DNA of 64,000 bases from Nitrospirota bacterium (GCA_963845065.1 CAWJQQ010000003.1:64001-128000); one strand, 5' to 3'. Shown: positions 38,142-49,199, counted from the first letter of the stretch. The notes: a model not told the origin generated them from the sequence alone. Translations and numbers: made by a program.

Positions 38142-39827
38142 ATGAGGTTGCCCGTTTTCCAGGGGATCCTCCCCATCAAAAGATCCCAGGCGCTGACAGA
38201 TATTATAGCCGGTCTCACGCTGGCCGCCCTCGCCATTCCTGAGGTGATGGGCTACACAAAAATCTCCGGTACCCCGGTTATCACGGGCCTCTACACTATC
38301 CTTATCCCGATGACCCTTTTTGCGCTTTTTGGCTCCTCCCGACATCTAGTCGTCGGTGCCGACTCTGCTACAGCGGCCATTCTCTCAGGTGCACTCACTG
38401 GGATGGCCGCGTCCGGATCGGCTGAGTGGCTTGCACTGGCAGAAGTCCTCGCAGCCCTGTCGGCTGTTTTCCTGATCATCGCCCGGATCATTCGATTGGG
38501 GTTCCTTGCGGATTTTCTGTCGCGAACGGTGCTAGTAGGGTTCTTGTCAGGCGTAGGCGTCCAAGTCGCTCTCGGCGAGATCTCGAGTATGTTAGGACTT
38601 CCTGGAGGAGGGCATGGCCTAATCCATAAGATCATCAACGATCTACACCAAATCGAACAGATAAATTTCTACGCCCTAGGTATTTCCGTGGCTGTACTTG
38701 CTGTCATCATCGGATCAAAAAAGATTTCGAAAAAGATCCCTGGTGCACTGATAGCTGTGATGGCTGCCATCGTCGCCAGTTCAGGGCTCAATCTTGAAGC
38801 TCACGACGCACATGTGCTTGGCACGGTTCCGAGCGGCCTGCCAGTGATTGGTCTGCCGGACGTGCATTGGGATTACAGCCTCATCTTGAAGCTGCTTCCT
38901 ACCGCTTTCGCAATGTTTGTGGTGATCCTGGCCCAGAGCGCAGCGACATCCCGTGTCTATGCAACCCGCTACAGCGAGCGCTTTGACGAAAATGTGGATC
39001 TGGTAGGCCTGGGACTTGCCAATGTTGGGGCCGCGTTGAGCGGGACTTTTATTGTGAATGGAAGCCCGACCAAGACTCAGATGGTCGATAGTGCCGGCGG
39101 TCGCAGTCAGCTCGCGCAGATCACCACAAGCGTCATTGTCTTATTAGTGCTGCTGTTTCTGACAGGTCCGCTGGCCAGCATGCCGATTGCGGCCCTCTCT
39201 GCGGTGGTTTTCCTGATCGGTGTTGAATTGATCGATGTCAAAGGTATGCGAAAGATATGGGCACAACGCCCGCCGGAATTCTGGGTTGCGTTGATCACGG
39301 CTATCGCAGTAGTTTGTGTCGGCGTGGAGCAGGGAATTCTCCTTGCGATGGTATTGTCACTCATAGAGCACGTGCGACGAAGCTACCGATGTAAGAATGC
39401 AGTGCTCGCGCCTGACGAGACGGGTGGCTGGCGGGCATTACCGGTGAGCACTCCCGCACAAGTCCGGCCCGGTCTACTGGTATATCGCTTCAGTCACACT
39501 ATGTACTATGCGAACGCCGAACAGCTCTCGAGGGAGGTTGTCGAACTCGCAAACGGGGCACAACCCCCGCTGGTTTGGTTCTGTATCGATGCGTCGGCGA
39601 TTGCCGATGTAGACTTCACTGCGGCATCAAACCTGCGCGATATCCATGGCACCCTGGAGAAACTAGGGATTCGGATCGTTTTTTCTCAAATGATTGATCT
39701 CGTCAATACTGAGTTTGTGAGGTATGAGCTTACCGACCTGTTTGGGAAAGATGCCTTCTACGAGACCATCAATGCAGTAGTAAGCGCATATGACAAGAGA
39801 TCGTCTAGCAACGAAGACAGAAAATAA
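38142..39827 (+). CDS. SulP family inorganic anion transporter with STAS domain
   Basis: DIIAGLT..IPEVMGY, GSSRHLVVG and STAS DASAIADVDFTA motifs. Confidence 0.93.
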   Translation: MRLPVFQGILPIKRSQALTDIIAGLTLAALAIPEVMGYTKISGTPVITGLYTILIPMTLFALFGSSRHLVVGADSATAAILSGALTGMAASGSAEWLALAEVLAALSAVFLIIARIIRLGFLADFLSRTVLVGFLSGVGVQVALGEISSMLGLPGGGHGLIHKIINDLHQIEQINFYALGISVAVLAVIIGSKKISKKIPGALIAVMAAIVASSGLNLEAHDAHVLGTVPSGLPVIGLPDVHWDYSLILKLLPTAFAMFVVILAQSAATSRVYATRYSERFDENVDLVGLGLANVGAALSGTFIVNGSPTKTQMVDSAGGRSQLAQITTSVIVLLVLLFLTGPLASMPIAALSAVVFLIGVELIDVKGMRKIWAQRPPEFWVALITAIAVVCVGVEQGILLAMVLSLIEHVRRSYRCKNAVLAPDETGGWRALPVSTPAQVRPGLLVYRFSHTMYYANAEQLSREVVELANGAQPPLVWFCIDASAIADVDFTAASNLRDIHGTLEKLGIRIVFSQMIDLVNTEFVRYELTDLFGKDAFYETINAVVSAYDKRSSSNEDRK

Positions 39828-40279
39828 GCGAGTTAGTCCGCTTATTAAAGAAAACAGGCTTTCCTAGATGTACAATTATGATATTCGATTTCATCTGTGG
39901 ACAGATCGAATAGTTGCTCATTTTGTTTTTGACTCCTCTGGGGGTAAAGTGGGATATACTTGGTGAAAAATGTTTTTCGAGAATCTCATCCAAAGCTATC
40001 TCGTGAAAGTTTTTCCAGTCCCGAGGGGGTCAGTTTAAACCTTGCGCTCTTTCTGCAAACCGCACGAACCGCATGGAAAAAGAGTGTTAATCAGGATTTT
40101 CATCGGATTTCAATGCAGCTTTATGCATCAGGCTACAAAAGGCAACGTACACTCTCATAAGGCCATAGAATTTTTGTTTTGACAGATCAGGAGTTACTCC
40201 GTAACAGTTTTTTGATACCACTTATCGGTTGTCTCCCAAGGAGCTATGCTATCTTATAATGCACCCTCACCACCCTCTG

Positions 40280-40619
40280 AAGCCGACCAAGAGCCAAGAC
40301 AATACTCCGCCAGATGTTCATCTTGACGGAGCGCCTCAGTTCGTATATTCGACTGCACTCAACTTGTATGTTGCAGTCGGAATTCCTTATGACCTTGTTT
40401 TTACGGGGAATGATTACTTCTACTATTCTGGTGGGCTTTGGTATAAGGGGCCATATTATAACGGCCCGTGGGTACTTGCTGACAGTAGGTCTTTCCCTTA
40501 GGTTTTACTCAGATAACGAATTGACCAACTCCGATTTTACGGTAATGAAGAGTTCAGACGATATAATCGAGATAGCGTGCACGAAACAGGTCAGGCTGTC
40601 CGACATGAACATGCTATAA
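40280..40619 (+). pseudogene. Degraded hypothetical Tyr/Trp-rich exported protein
   Basis: PQFVY...YVAVGIPYDL...WYKGPYYNGPW followed by in-frame stops. Confidence 0.45.
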
Positions 40620-40748
40620 TTGATGTATGAAAGTGAACAACCAAAGTGCTATTTATACGGTTTTCATAATCTTGCGACATATATTATTCACTGACGTAAG
40701 GCAGTAAGGTTGAATTTTTTCTTACATTATCAGAAAAAAGGAGGACTT

Positions 40749-41195
40749 ATGATTTCAAAGATTCTCGTACCAGTTGACGGTTCAAAAGTGTCACATAAGG
40801 CGGCAAAATACGCTGTCGAGCTCGCGAAGCAAACAGGAGCATCTTTAGCGCTGGTCAGTGTCTTCGATATACGCTTTATTTTCGAGCAGGAGGTTTCAGC
40901 TTCCGCTTCGCCGACCCATTTAAAAGAGAATATTGAAGATTATCTGAAGCAGTCAGCGTATTCTTCCATTGACAAGATAGCAAAGGTCTGTGAACGAAAT
41001 CGCATTAAATACAAGACAGCAATAAGGAGAGGGCATCCGGTGGAAGAAATTGTCAACGAAGCAAGAAAAACAAAGGCTGATCTGATTGTTATGGGCTCAC
41101 ATGGCAAAAGTGCTCTTAAAGCGGTTATTCTCGGTAGCGTTGCATATGGCGTAATACACTTGGATACGAATATCCCTGTACTCATCGTGAGGTGA
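40749..41195 (+). CDS. Universal stress protein
   Basis: ILVPVDGS, DLIVMGSHG...LGSV; RBS AGGAGG. Confidence 0.92.
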   Translation: MISKILVPVDGSKVSHKAAKYAVELAKQTGASLALVSVFDIRFIFEQEVSASASPTHLKENIEDYLKQSAYSSIDKIAKVCERNRIKYKTAIRRGHPVEEIVNEARKTKADLIVMGSHGKSALKAVILGSVAYGVIHLDTNIPVLIVR

Positions 41196-41272
41196 TAATC
41201 TATCGACCTGAGAAATGGGTCTTGTGATTTCATTAGGAGGGTTAAGGGGCGGGGTTATTTCCTAAGTTTTAT

Positions 41273-42730
41273 CTCAATGCGCCGTAAGACCCCGGCCGTG
41301 ACAGACTGTCCGACAATTCATTGTTCTATGGGGATATCTTCAGAACAAAACTAATAAGCTAACTGAAATGGCGATTGGAGCCGGATCTGACGAGGTGTTT
41401 TATCCCCATCTCCTTCTTTCTTCCGAAGACATAACCAGATTCTCTTCAGATTCCTTGCTGCACAGGCCAGATTGAACTCTGTCTTTGCCCCCTGTATACC
41501 TCTGGCTAAGAATGCCCGCAGTCCTTGATTCTCCTTGATGTCTCCGATGACCGGTTCCACGATTTGCTGTCGTAGCTTATATACCCCTTTTGCTTGCGGC
41601 GTCTTCATCTTCGCCACCATGGAGTTTCTCTCTGTCTCCCATGGATACATCTTGAGATATCGTATCCCATCTTTCCGCTTTGTACATTTGCTCTGGCTCT
41701 GGCAAGTAGGGCATGCATTACCTTTATATATCTTGTTCTTCAGCTTGTCAAAATGTGCTCCCAGAAAGGGTAGCGGCTTGTTTTCCGGGCATCGATATTC
41801 ATCCCTGATCGCGTCGTATTGAAAATGCTCCTTGTCATACCGTGATCTGAGGACTATAGGATAGCTCGATCCGACCTTTCTTGTTCTTCATAAAGCGGCT
41901 TTCCGGGTCAGTGATGCTGACCTTCTTTAGCTTCTGGTCGTCTGCTTCCCTCTTGGCATTTTCAAGACGATTTTGTACTTCTTCTTTAAAAGACGGCCCT
42001 TTCTCACGGACCTTCTTGATGTAATATTGTGCCGCTTTCCGAATGGTCTTCTTGCTCTGTTGCGGCAACTGATCGCTTCCCCGCAAGTCGCCGAACTCGC
42101 TGTCTTCCCGGCTATCCTGTCTTGACCATTCCTCAAGCTCGTCGTCGACAAATTTCAGCAAAACTCTTAGTTCATCCTTATTCATCACTCTCTGGTTCGA
42201 TGCATTGGCTTTTACCTTGCTCCCGTCCGTCGAAAGATGAGACAGGTCGAGAAGGCCTTCTTGCCTGGCAAAGCTTACTGTGTGCTTAAACACTTCCTTT
42301 ACGAGAGCTGGGTTGTCCTTTCGAAAGTCGCTAATCGTCCTGAAATCAGGAGTTAGCTTCTCGGATAAATACAGGTACACTACGTTTTCGCGGGCATTCC
42401 GGGCAAGACGGCGTGAAGACCGCACTCTGTCCAGGACTCCCATGACCAAGAGCTTTAGCAGGATACTTGGATGATAGGCAGGATGTCCTGCGCCGGAGTA
42501 TTTGATGTCGAATGCCTGGTAATCAAGATTATCCACAATGCTTTCTACCAAAAAGCAGATATGGTCCTCAGGAATCAACCCCTCTATGCTCGGTGGTAAT
42601 AACCACGCTTGGTCTTTGTGCGAGCGTATGTATGTCATCTCCCGCTCTCCTTGTCCGATTAATTTCATCCTATTCTACCATATCAAATACGAATTGTCGG
42701 ACAGCCTGGTGAGGCCGGGGAGAATGTCAA
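41273..42730 (+). mobile_element. 47-bp IS605-derived mini-element split by IS1182
   Basis: CTCAATGCGCCGTAAGACCCCGGCCGTGA|IS1182|GTGAGGCCGGGGAGAATGTCAA. Confidence 0.8.
41302..42708 (-). mobile_element. IS1182-family element with internally deleted transposase (pieces ~42640-41835 and ~41830-41351)
   Basis: 18-bp IR CAGACTGTCCGACAATTC (1 mismatch); TSD GTGA; DUF772 GHPAYHP...PDFRTISDFR, DGSKVKANAS, TDPESRFMK, YKLRQQIVEPVIG.IK. Confidence 0.88.
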
Positions 42731-43011
42731 TTAAGACTCACTATAAAAAAAAATATTCATACCTATGAAGTTTGCAAACAAGTTATATTCATGAAACTAG
42801 TATAGTATCAATACTCTTCAATTAATATAATAAGATATCCATTTCTCTAATATCATGAAGACAGTAAGATGAATTCGTTAGCGTTGTTACTGCAAAATAC
42901 CTCATCAGAATCGTTGACAACTTAGGAAAGAAGCTGGGTGCAAGTTTGAGAAAGTCGCCCCTTATCACACAAGCATCATTTGTTGCTGTTGCAGCGATCA
43001 TGACCAGACTT

Positions 43012-44004
43012 TTAGAACACAAGGTTTGAAGTGTATATCCGGTAGAGCACGATAATACCAAAAAGGGCATAGCAGACAAAAGATGAGAGGGCAAGCTTTT
43101 TTTGAAGCGCTGGAATAACGTCAACGAGACTTGCCCTTTTTCTAAAAGGCATGATAATGCCAACACCCATACCAGAGACTGCTCCGCTAAGCAAGGTCAT
43201 GTAAAGGGGATATCCTACATATCCGTACTCTTTACGAAGCACACAGAATGGGCAATGGTGCATGGGAAGTTCGTAGATGTAGGGCCCAATGAAAGAGATT
43301 AACGATACCAGGGCGACTGGGAGAAGGACAACTGAATTAAACCCATGGAAATAGGCTCCCTTGCCTGTACGATAAAAAAGAACGCTTGCACCGAGGGCTG
43401 TGGCCAGGTTGATGGAAAAAATGATTTTAATTGGCTGTGGTGGAAACGAGCTCAGACTCGAAGCAACGCCTGATCCGCTGCCGCTAAAGAGGCTGCCGCA
43501 GCAGGAAGTTATGATGTCGGCATGAAGGCCAAGAAAGTAGAGAGCCTGCAGTACTGCTTCAGCGACGATGAACGGTGTGAGCAAGGCAAGAAAGGCATAC
43601 TTGATCCTTATGAGCGGGTAGTCGTACCCTCGGTTATCAGCATAGTTTATGATGAGCCAGAAACCGGCCAGGATGAAGTTCGCGAGCTTGAGGAGGAGAA
43701 CTGGAAAGCCGTAGCTGTTGACTTGGAGTGTGCCCACGGCGCACATTGCCCCGGTAAAGAGGGTACAGAGGCTGTCCGCCGTGTAAACATATAAAAAAAG
43801 GGAAAAAAGCTGAAATCCGAAAACATACGCGAGGATAGTTGAAATGAGGTACGTTCTTCGCTCAAGCTCGAGTTGGTTACCGCTGCCGCTTCCGATGTCC
43901 CATTTCCTGATGATTAGGATGCCGTAATAGTCCGCGTATAACGTAAGAAAACTTATCATGCAGGATGAGACTAGCAGTGCGATTATCGCGGGATGCAGGA
44001 TCAT
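43012..44004 (-). CDS. Conserved polytopic membrane protein with Cys/His motifs
   Basis: GAMCAVG, ITSCCGS and HHCPFC motifs; about 9 TM segments; coupled to the ABC ATPase. Confidence 0.75.
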   Translation of the reverse strand: MILHPAIIALLVSSCMISFLTLYADYYGILIIRKWDIGSGSGNQLELERRTYLISTILAYVFGFQLFSLFLYVYTADSLCTLFTGAMCAVGTLQVNSYGFPVLLLKLANFILAGFWLIINYADNRGYDYPLIRIKYAFLALLTPFIVAEAVLQALYFLGLHADIITSCCGSLFSGSGSGVASSLSSFPPQPIKIIFSINLATALGASVLFYRTGKGAYFHGFNSVVLLPVALVSLISFIGPYIYELPMHHCPFCVLRKEYGYVGYPLYMTLLSGAVSGMGVGIIMPFRKRASLVDVIPALQKKLALSSFVCYALFGIIVLYRIYTSNLVF

Positions 44005-44687
44005 ACTTCCGCTCCTTCAATCTTGCCGTCGCGCATGGTGATGACTCGGTCGATAACAGCTGCTTCGTAAACGAGAGGATCGTGGCTAGCGATAATGACT
44101 GTCTTTTGCTGCTCTTTCAAGCGGTAGACGATCTCCATGAATTCACGGGATAGTTTGGTATCGAGGTGCGCTGTCGGTTCGTCAGCTATGACGACTCCGG
44201 GATTGTTGATCAGTGACCGCGCGATTGCTGTGCGCTGGGCCTCACCGCCGGAAAGCCATTCGGCCTTTGACGATGCACGCCCCCCGATGCCGAAAAGCTT
44301 AAGGAGTTCTTGAGCATGTTTTTTCAGCACGTCATGGGGACCGCCTAGCGGGTATGCCGGCAACATCACATTTTCAAGAGCCGAAATCCCCTTTACGAGG
44401 TTAAACTGCTGGAAGATAAATCCGAAATGGGTACGGCGGATTTCGGTCAGAAAGCGTTCGGGAAGGCTCGAGATCTCCCGGTCACCGAGGAATATCCTGC
44501 CTGAAGTGGGCCGGGCCATGCATCCGGCTAGGGACAGGAGTGTGGTTTTGCCGGAACCGCTCGGTCCCTTGAACACGGTAATCTTTTTTGCTTCCAGGGA
44601 GACAGTCACTCCGTCCACCGCAACTAGCTCGTAGGATTTCCCCTCGTTGAAAACCTTGCGGATATTTTTCAGTACGAGCATCATCAT
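44001..44687 (-). CDS. ABC transporter ATP-binding protein (LolD/MacB-like)
   Basis: GPSGSGKT, LSGGEAQR and ADEPT motifs. Confidence 0.92.
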   Translation of the reverse strand: MMMLVLKNIRKVFNEGKSYELVAVDGVTVSLEAKKITVFKGPSGSGKTTLLSLAGCMARPTSGRIFLGDREISSLPERFLTEIRRTHFGFIFQQFNLVKGISALENVMLPAYPLGGPHDVLKKHAQELLKLFGIGGRASSKAEWLSGGEAQRTAIARSLINNPGVVIADEPTAHLDTKLSREFMEIVYRLKEQQKTVIIASHDPLVYEAAVIDRVITMRDGKIEGAEV

Positions 44688-45820
44688 GACCTCATCACCG
44701 AATCCGGGTCAATGGTGGCGGCATGCCAGGAAGGGACGATGGTCGCCACGGTATAAGGCACCACGGTCAGGAAAAAGAGCGTGGCGACCTGGTACGGATC
44801 TATGAAAGGCACAAGCCTGAACTCTGGGTAAAGGACAGACCAGCCCTTGAGCACGGGCTCGAAAAGGATCGCTGACGTGAAAAAAATATGAATATAGGCA
44901 AGGAGAATGCCGGCCAGGAACGATGAGAGCGAAATTACCGCACCTTCCCAGAATTTCATGAGTAGAATATCCGAAGTTTCCCATCCCACAGCTTTCAAAA
45001 TACCTATTTCTTTTTTTTCTTCGGCGCTCAGACCCGAAGCTTTATCCCATGACACGATGATGAACGCGAGTACAGATCCGGTGAGTATGGCTACGATGAT
45101 TCCGCTTCTCCAGTCAAATATGGACTCGTAGGTCCTCAAAATTTCTCTCTTCGTGATGGGACGGGTATTGGGGAATAGTTTGACGATTTTTTCCGCTATG
45201 GTGGGGATCTCTTGTGCATTCCTTACCTTGAGGGTGATATCAGTAACCAGGTCTTTACTCGTACCAAATAGCCTCCGGTAATCGGATTCCGAAACAAGCA
45301 GGAGGTCCGATGAGACGATTTCTGATTCCGATGAAAAAACATCGCGGATATGGAAGGGGATCGATATCCCGTCGTAAGCGTGCAGCGGAATCATATCATC
45401 CTTAACAGCCAACCGCACCCGCGAGACTCCGCTGCCGATGGTTATATCACCGGCTCCATACTGAAATTTATCAGGAACCATGATGGTGTAATTCGCGCCG
45501 ATTTCAGAATCGTAATAGTAGCCCCATAGCCTCCCGCGAACAGAAGTGACACCCTTGATTTTGTTTAAAACCTCTACGTATTTTCTAGGAATTGGCTCAT
45601 ATCTGCCTTCTGACATCCGTTGGACTACGATTTCAGGCGCGCCCCGTAGTGTGAGCGCAGCCTCCCGCTTGAGCGCGTGGGTGAAGAACATAACAGATGC
45701 GAGGAGAAAAACGAGCAGGGTATAAACAAGCAGAAGGGCGATGTTTTTCCCTTTTCTCCGTGAAAGTGAAGAGAGGGTAAAATCGATGATGTTGCGTTGT
45801 TTCTCAATCCATGAGCGCAT
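44684..45820 (-). CDS. ABC transporter permease (FtsX/LolE-like)
   Basis: N-terminal TM, periplasmic domain, EIGILKAVGW. Confidence 0.88.
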   Translation of the reverse strand: MRSWIEKQRNIIDFTLSSLSRRKGKNIALLLVYTLLVFLLASVMFFTHALKREAALTLRGAPEIVVQRMSEGRYEPIPRKYVEVLNKIKGVTSVRGRLWGYYYDSEIGANYTIMVPDKFQYGAGDITIGSGVSRVRLAVKDDMIPLHAYDGISIPFHIRDVFSSESEIVSSDLLLVSESDYRRLFGTSKDLVTDITLKVRNAQEIPTIAEKIVKLFPNTRPITKREILRTYESIFDWRSGIIVAILTGSVLAFIIVSWDKASGLSAEEKKEIGILKAVGWETSDILLMKFWEGAVISLSSFLAGILLAYIHIFFTSAILFEPVLKGWSVLYPEFRLVPFIDPYQVATLFFLTVVPYTVATIVPSWHAATIDPDSVMRS

Positions 45821-46112
45821 GATTTTCGGCGTTCCTCCGATACGGCATAATCAGCGAGCCTGACGGGAAATGTTCCAGAGAGCAGGGATGATCCTGGAAG
45901 GGCGCGTAAAAATCGGCCAGTGAAGGGTTACGTGTATAACGCGCCTCGGTGAAAAGGCAGAGGTCGGTCAGTTCGAGTGTGCGTACGAGTCTGGCGTTTT
46001 CCCGAAGTTCCGGTGCCCGTCGATTTTGCAGATACTGCGAATGGACAAAAGCCGCTGCCAGGAATAGACTGCTGACGCCAAGATAAACGAAAAAAAAAGA
46101 GGATTTTCTCAT
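45804..46112 (-). CDS. Conserved hypothetical membrane-anchored protein
   Basis: N-terminal TM; LTDLCLFTEARYTRNPS...PFQDHP.SLEHFPSGS; operon-coupled. Confidence 0.65.
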   Translation of the reverse strand: MRKSSFFFVYLGVSSLFLAAAFVHSQYLQNRRAPELRENARLVRTLELTDLCLFTEARYTRNPSLADFYAPFQDHPCSLEHFPSGSLIMPYRRNAENHALMD

Positions 46113-46116
46113 CTAG

Positions 46117-46659
46117 TTACTCGAATTCACTAAGAACTTTAGGAGTGATGTCGTGGAAGTGGAGAATTCTCTTTCCTGCGTGGTCTTTCACAAATTCCGT
46201 TGCATCCGTTTCTTTCTCAAAGGAGACGAATTCATTACCCATCGGACCGTTTATGTTGCTGCCGGTGACGAAGAAAGACCTGTATGCGTCGATGGGATGG
46301 ACACTATAATAATCGGAAACATAGATGCTCACGATATCCTCCCGCTGTCGGGAGGGCTCATATTTTTTCAAATTAGCAAGATATTTGAACATGTCCTTAG
46401 GGCCATCAAAAACCCTGTAGGTCCCGTCACGATAGATAATCTCAGCGGTCCAATCGGGGAATTTCGCGACAAACATACCGCAGACTGGACATTTATCCTG
46501 GGTTAACGGTTTGATATATGTTTTATCGCTAGCAACGGCATGTGAGTTGAAGAGGAAGGTCGATGCAATCGTAATAAGGAGCACGAAATACGGGAACAAG
46601 ATGCACACGCCAAGGGGCGGGCGATGATTGACTTTTTTTGGCATTTGCATTACATTCAT
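46117..46659 (-). CDS. nosL: NosL-family copper-binding protein
   Basis: CPVCGM, V.DYYS, GPMG and F..DHAG motifs. Confidence 0.85.
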   Translation of the reverse strand: MNVMQMPKKVNHRPPLGVCILFPYFVLLITIASTFLFNSHAVASDKTYIKPLTQDKCPVCGMFVAKFPDWTAEIIYRDGTYRVFDGPKDMFKYLANLKKYEPSRQREDIVSIYVSDYYSVHPIDAYRSFFVTGSNINGPMGNEFVSFEKETDATEFVKDHAGKRILHFHDITPKVLSEFE

Positions 46660-46823
46660 TTCGGATATTTTGAGAGAAAATGTAGGGCGATCTCTTGTGA
46701 GAATATACCACAGACATGAGGAAAATAAAAGTTATTTTGTGGTATGTCGTTATTTAGTATCCTCGTTGCGTGCGCAGCGATTTATGGCTATCCAACCTGT
46801 TATGAAAAAGGTTCCATGCTTTT

Positions 46824-47291
46824 TTAGAAACGACGTGTCGGCAACTCACTGGATTTCGTGACGACAAGGGGCACCTGGATCTCACCGGATTTCTTGAAAA
46901 CTAGGGTAAGAGTAAAATGATAACCCTGGTTCAATTTGGCGGGTATGCTCTCCAGCATTATATGGGAGCCCCCCTTAGCGAGGTCAAGCTTGCCCTTCGC
47001 CGGTACACGTAATGCCTTGGACAAGACCATCACGGAGCCTCTTATTTCATGTATATCGGCCAGAGCGCCCGGGATACTGGTCCTAGCGCCTATGAGAGTG
47101 TCCTTTCCTCCATCATTCTGTATTGTCAGGAAAACCGAGGCCTCATCGCGCATTGCCTCGGATAATTCAATTCGCGCATTTTCAATGCGCAGTCTAGGCG
47201 GTTCATTGTTGCATCCAGCGAAGAGAGTCATGCCGAATATGATCGCAATCATATACAACGTGATTAAACGTCTGTAACTATTCCTCTTCAT
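46824..47291 (-). CDS. Copper chaperone PCu(A)C lipoprotein
   Basis: Lipobox FAGC; IHE....VM and GGSHIML motifs. Confidence 0.85.
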   Translation of the reverse strand: MKRNSYRRLITLYMIAIIFGMTLFAGCNNEPPRLRIENARIELSEAMRDEASVFLTIQNDGGKDTLIGARTSIPGALADIHEIRGSVMVLSKALRVPAKGKLDLAKGGSHIMLESIPAKLNQGYHFTLTLVFKKSGEIQVPLVVTKSSELPTRRF

Positions 47292-47640
47292 ATACAATCC
47301 TCCCCCCATAATGCCCTTTTATTAAGCTATCATCCACCCTACGTCGAAGATAATCCGAGTTCAAGAGGAACTTATACAAGTATTATTTATCTGCTCATTG
47401 TTCTCTACTGATTCAGCTTTAGATTCCGCCTCGCAGTGGAGGGACATTTGCCATGATGTTCACGGAGACTACAGATTGATGATAAATAAGATTTTAATAA
47501 AACTAACTTACTATTTACATAGTTTTTTATTGGCACTCTCTACAGACGCTGCCGCAACTATCTTTTAGAAATTCGGTATATCCAGATCAAGTATATACCT
47601 TTTGACCAATGAAGTGATCCTCTTTATAAATATCTGGTCT

Positions 47641-48417
47641 TGAATACACATCAGTTCTACTGCTGGGATGAAAAGGACCATCCAGAAGAAGTAATGACTG
47701 ATCAAGGGTAGTTTGAGAACGACTACGTCGGTAATAGCAATGCTTGCAGTGCAGGTCGCAGGTCTGTGTGATATGCCACTGGAGCGTGAACGACGGCGAT
47801 GACAGGTATTGTTCGGGGATGCAATTGTTTCGAGGAAAGAGCTTGGGATCTCGTCGGATGCGAGAGGGCGGAGTGAATACAAGACCGCTTGCTATAGCAC
47901 GAAACAACGCGGCATCAACAGTTCCCACCAGCAGACCGCCCTGGGCTGCGACAACCTTGGACGATATTCCTTCTACGACCATTTTGAGTACCAGGAGATC
48001 TTCATCTGATACTGGTCGCGCTGACACGCGATCCTTGAACGGATCGTACCAAAGGAGAACGCGTTCACGTGCTTGAATAGGATGTACGGCGGGAATATTC
48101 TGATCAGGATGAAGGTGTGGGACAAGGTTCTTCCACGACAATTCGATGATCTGGATTGTTGGATTAACCAAGGGCTGGCTTACTGCCTTTGGAAGGGATG
48201 CCTTCCCAATTTCGACTGTGTTGGCGATCTCCTCGAGACGGGCAAGCTCCGATAGGAATGCAGGTAACGTATTCTTGCCAATCTCCAAAAGCACAGACGA
48301 TAACGAATGTTCAGCAAGCTCTTTGGCACACTGTATGGATAGCCGAGTCCATGCTGCTTCGCCCAGCACTGACCGGCATGCTCGGTATCGGTCCTCAGAA
48401 TTATTATTGAGCCACAT
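47641..48417 (-). pseudogene. sbtM: Thio(seleno)oxazole RiPP radical SAM maturase SbtM, truncated just after CxxxCxxC
   Basis: LARLE, VNPT, DLLVLKMVVE, PPSRIRRDP, FTLQWHITQTCDLHCKHCY; cut by a MITE-like end at 47641-47678. Confidence 0.8.
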
Positions 48418-48552
48418 AAAACACCAGGCTCCTGCCTGGTGATGTAGTGGCCGCCCGAAGGGCGCAAGCAGCAATATCGCTTGTAAAATTCTTAGTGTTC
48501 ATATGGACTACGTTAACCTGATGATTGTTGTACGCCAATTGATGTCGTGATT

Positions 48553-48580
48553 TAAGAAACCCCCAGCTCCCGTTGGGGGA
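48553..48580 (-). terminator. Rho-independent terminator between sbtA and sbtM
   Basis: CCCCCAACGGGAGCTGGGGG followed by TTTCTT on the minus strand. Confidence 0.5.
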
Positions 48581-48755
48581 GGGTCACTTTGTTAAAAGAT
48601 TCATGGTCGTGACTACAATATCCCGGAAGTGAACAGCGTATATATCATCACTCCCGGGATCAATCAACTCCATGCTCCTTCTGAATGAATCAGGATTGGC
48701 CGGACGCTAATGCCTGCCGGTATTTTTTCTGGAGCATTGTATAGTGCGAACTGCA

Positions 48756-49040
48756 CTATTTGTTGCTGCTTCCGCCGCCAGATGGCACTGGCGTAGCAGA
48801 ATCGGCTTTTGAACCGCTTCAGCCCCCTGTCGGAGTCGGTTCAGAAGTCGGAGTAGCGTTTGATACATTTAAACTGCTCTTTGTTATAGTCTGTTCAGTA
48901 GTAACGCTTTTACCATCCTTCCCGCTGACTGAGTTGTCCGCAGCATTGCACATACCGGCTCCCATTATGAGTCCAGCACTAGCAAGCAATCCGGCAATAC
49001 TGAACCCCGCCAGGTACTTTTTCAGATCCTGGGTTTCCAT
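48756..49040 (-). CDS. sbtA: SbtA-family thio(seleno)oxazole RiPP precursor with selenocysteine (TGA 48821-48819)
   Basis: Leader METQDLKKYLAGFSIAGLL; core PTGG-U-SGSKADSATPVPSGGGSSNK*; SECIS-like hairpin after the TGA; RBS AAGGAGG; sbtM adjacent. Confidence 0.85.
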
Positions 49041-49171
49041 GATTCACCTCCTTCCCATTTTATTACGCTTTACACAAGGGAATAACATATCGATTCCTGC
49101 CGCATGCATAAAATAACACTCTGGACGGAATTATCAAAAACTGACTCCGTTATGAATGACGAATATTCTTA

Positions 49172-49199
49172 ATTTTATCATCCTTCTGTGGCGTGTCAA
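49172..49199 (-). promoter_or_regulatory. Sigma70 promoter for sbtA
   Basis: TTGACA-16 bp-TAAAAT with an extended TG. Confidence 0.55.
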
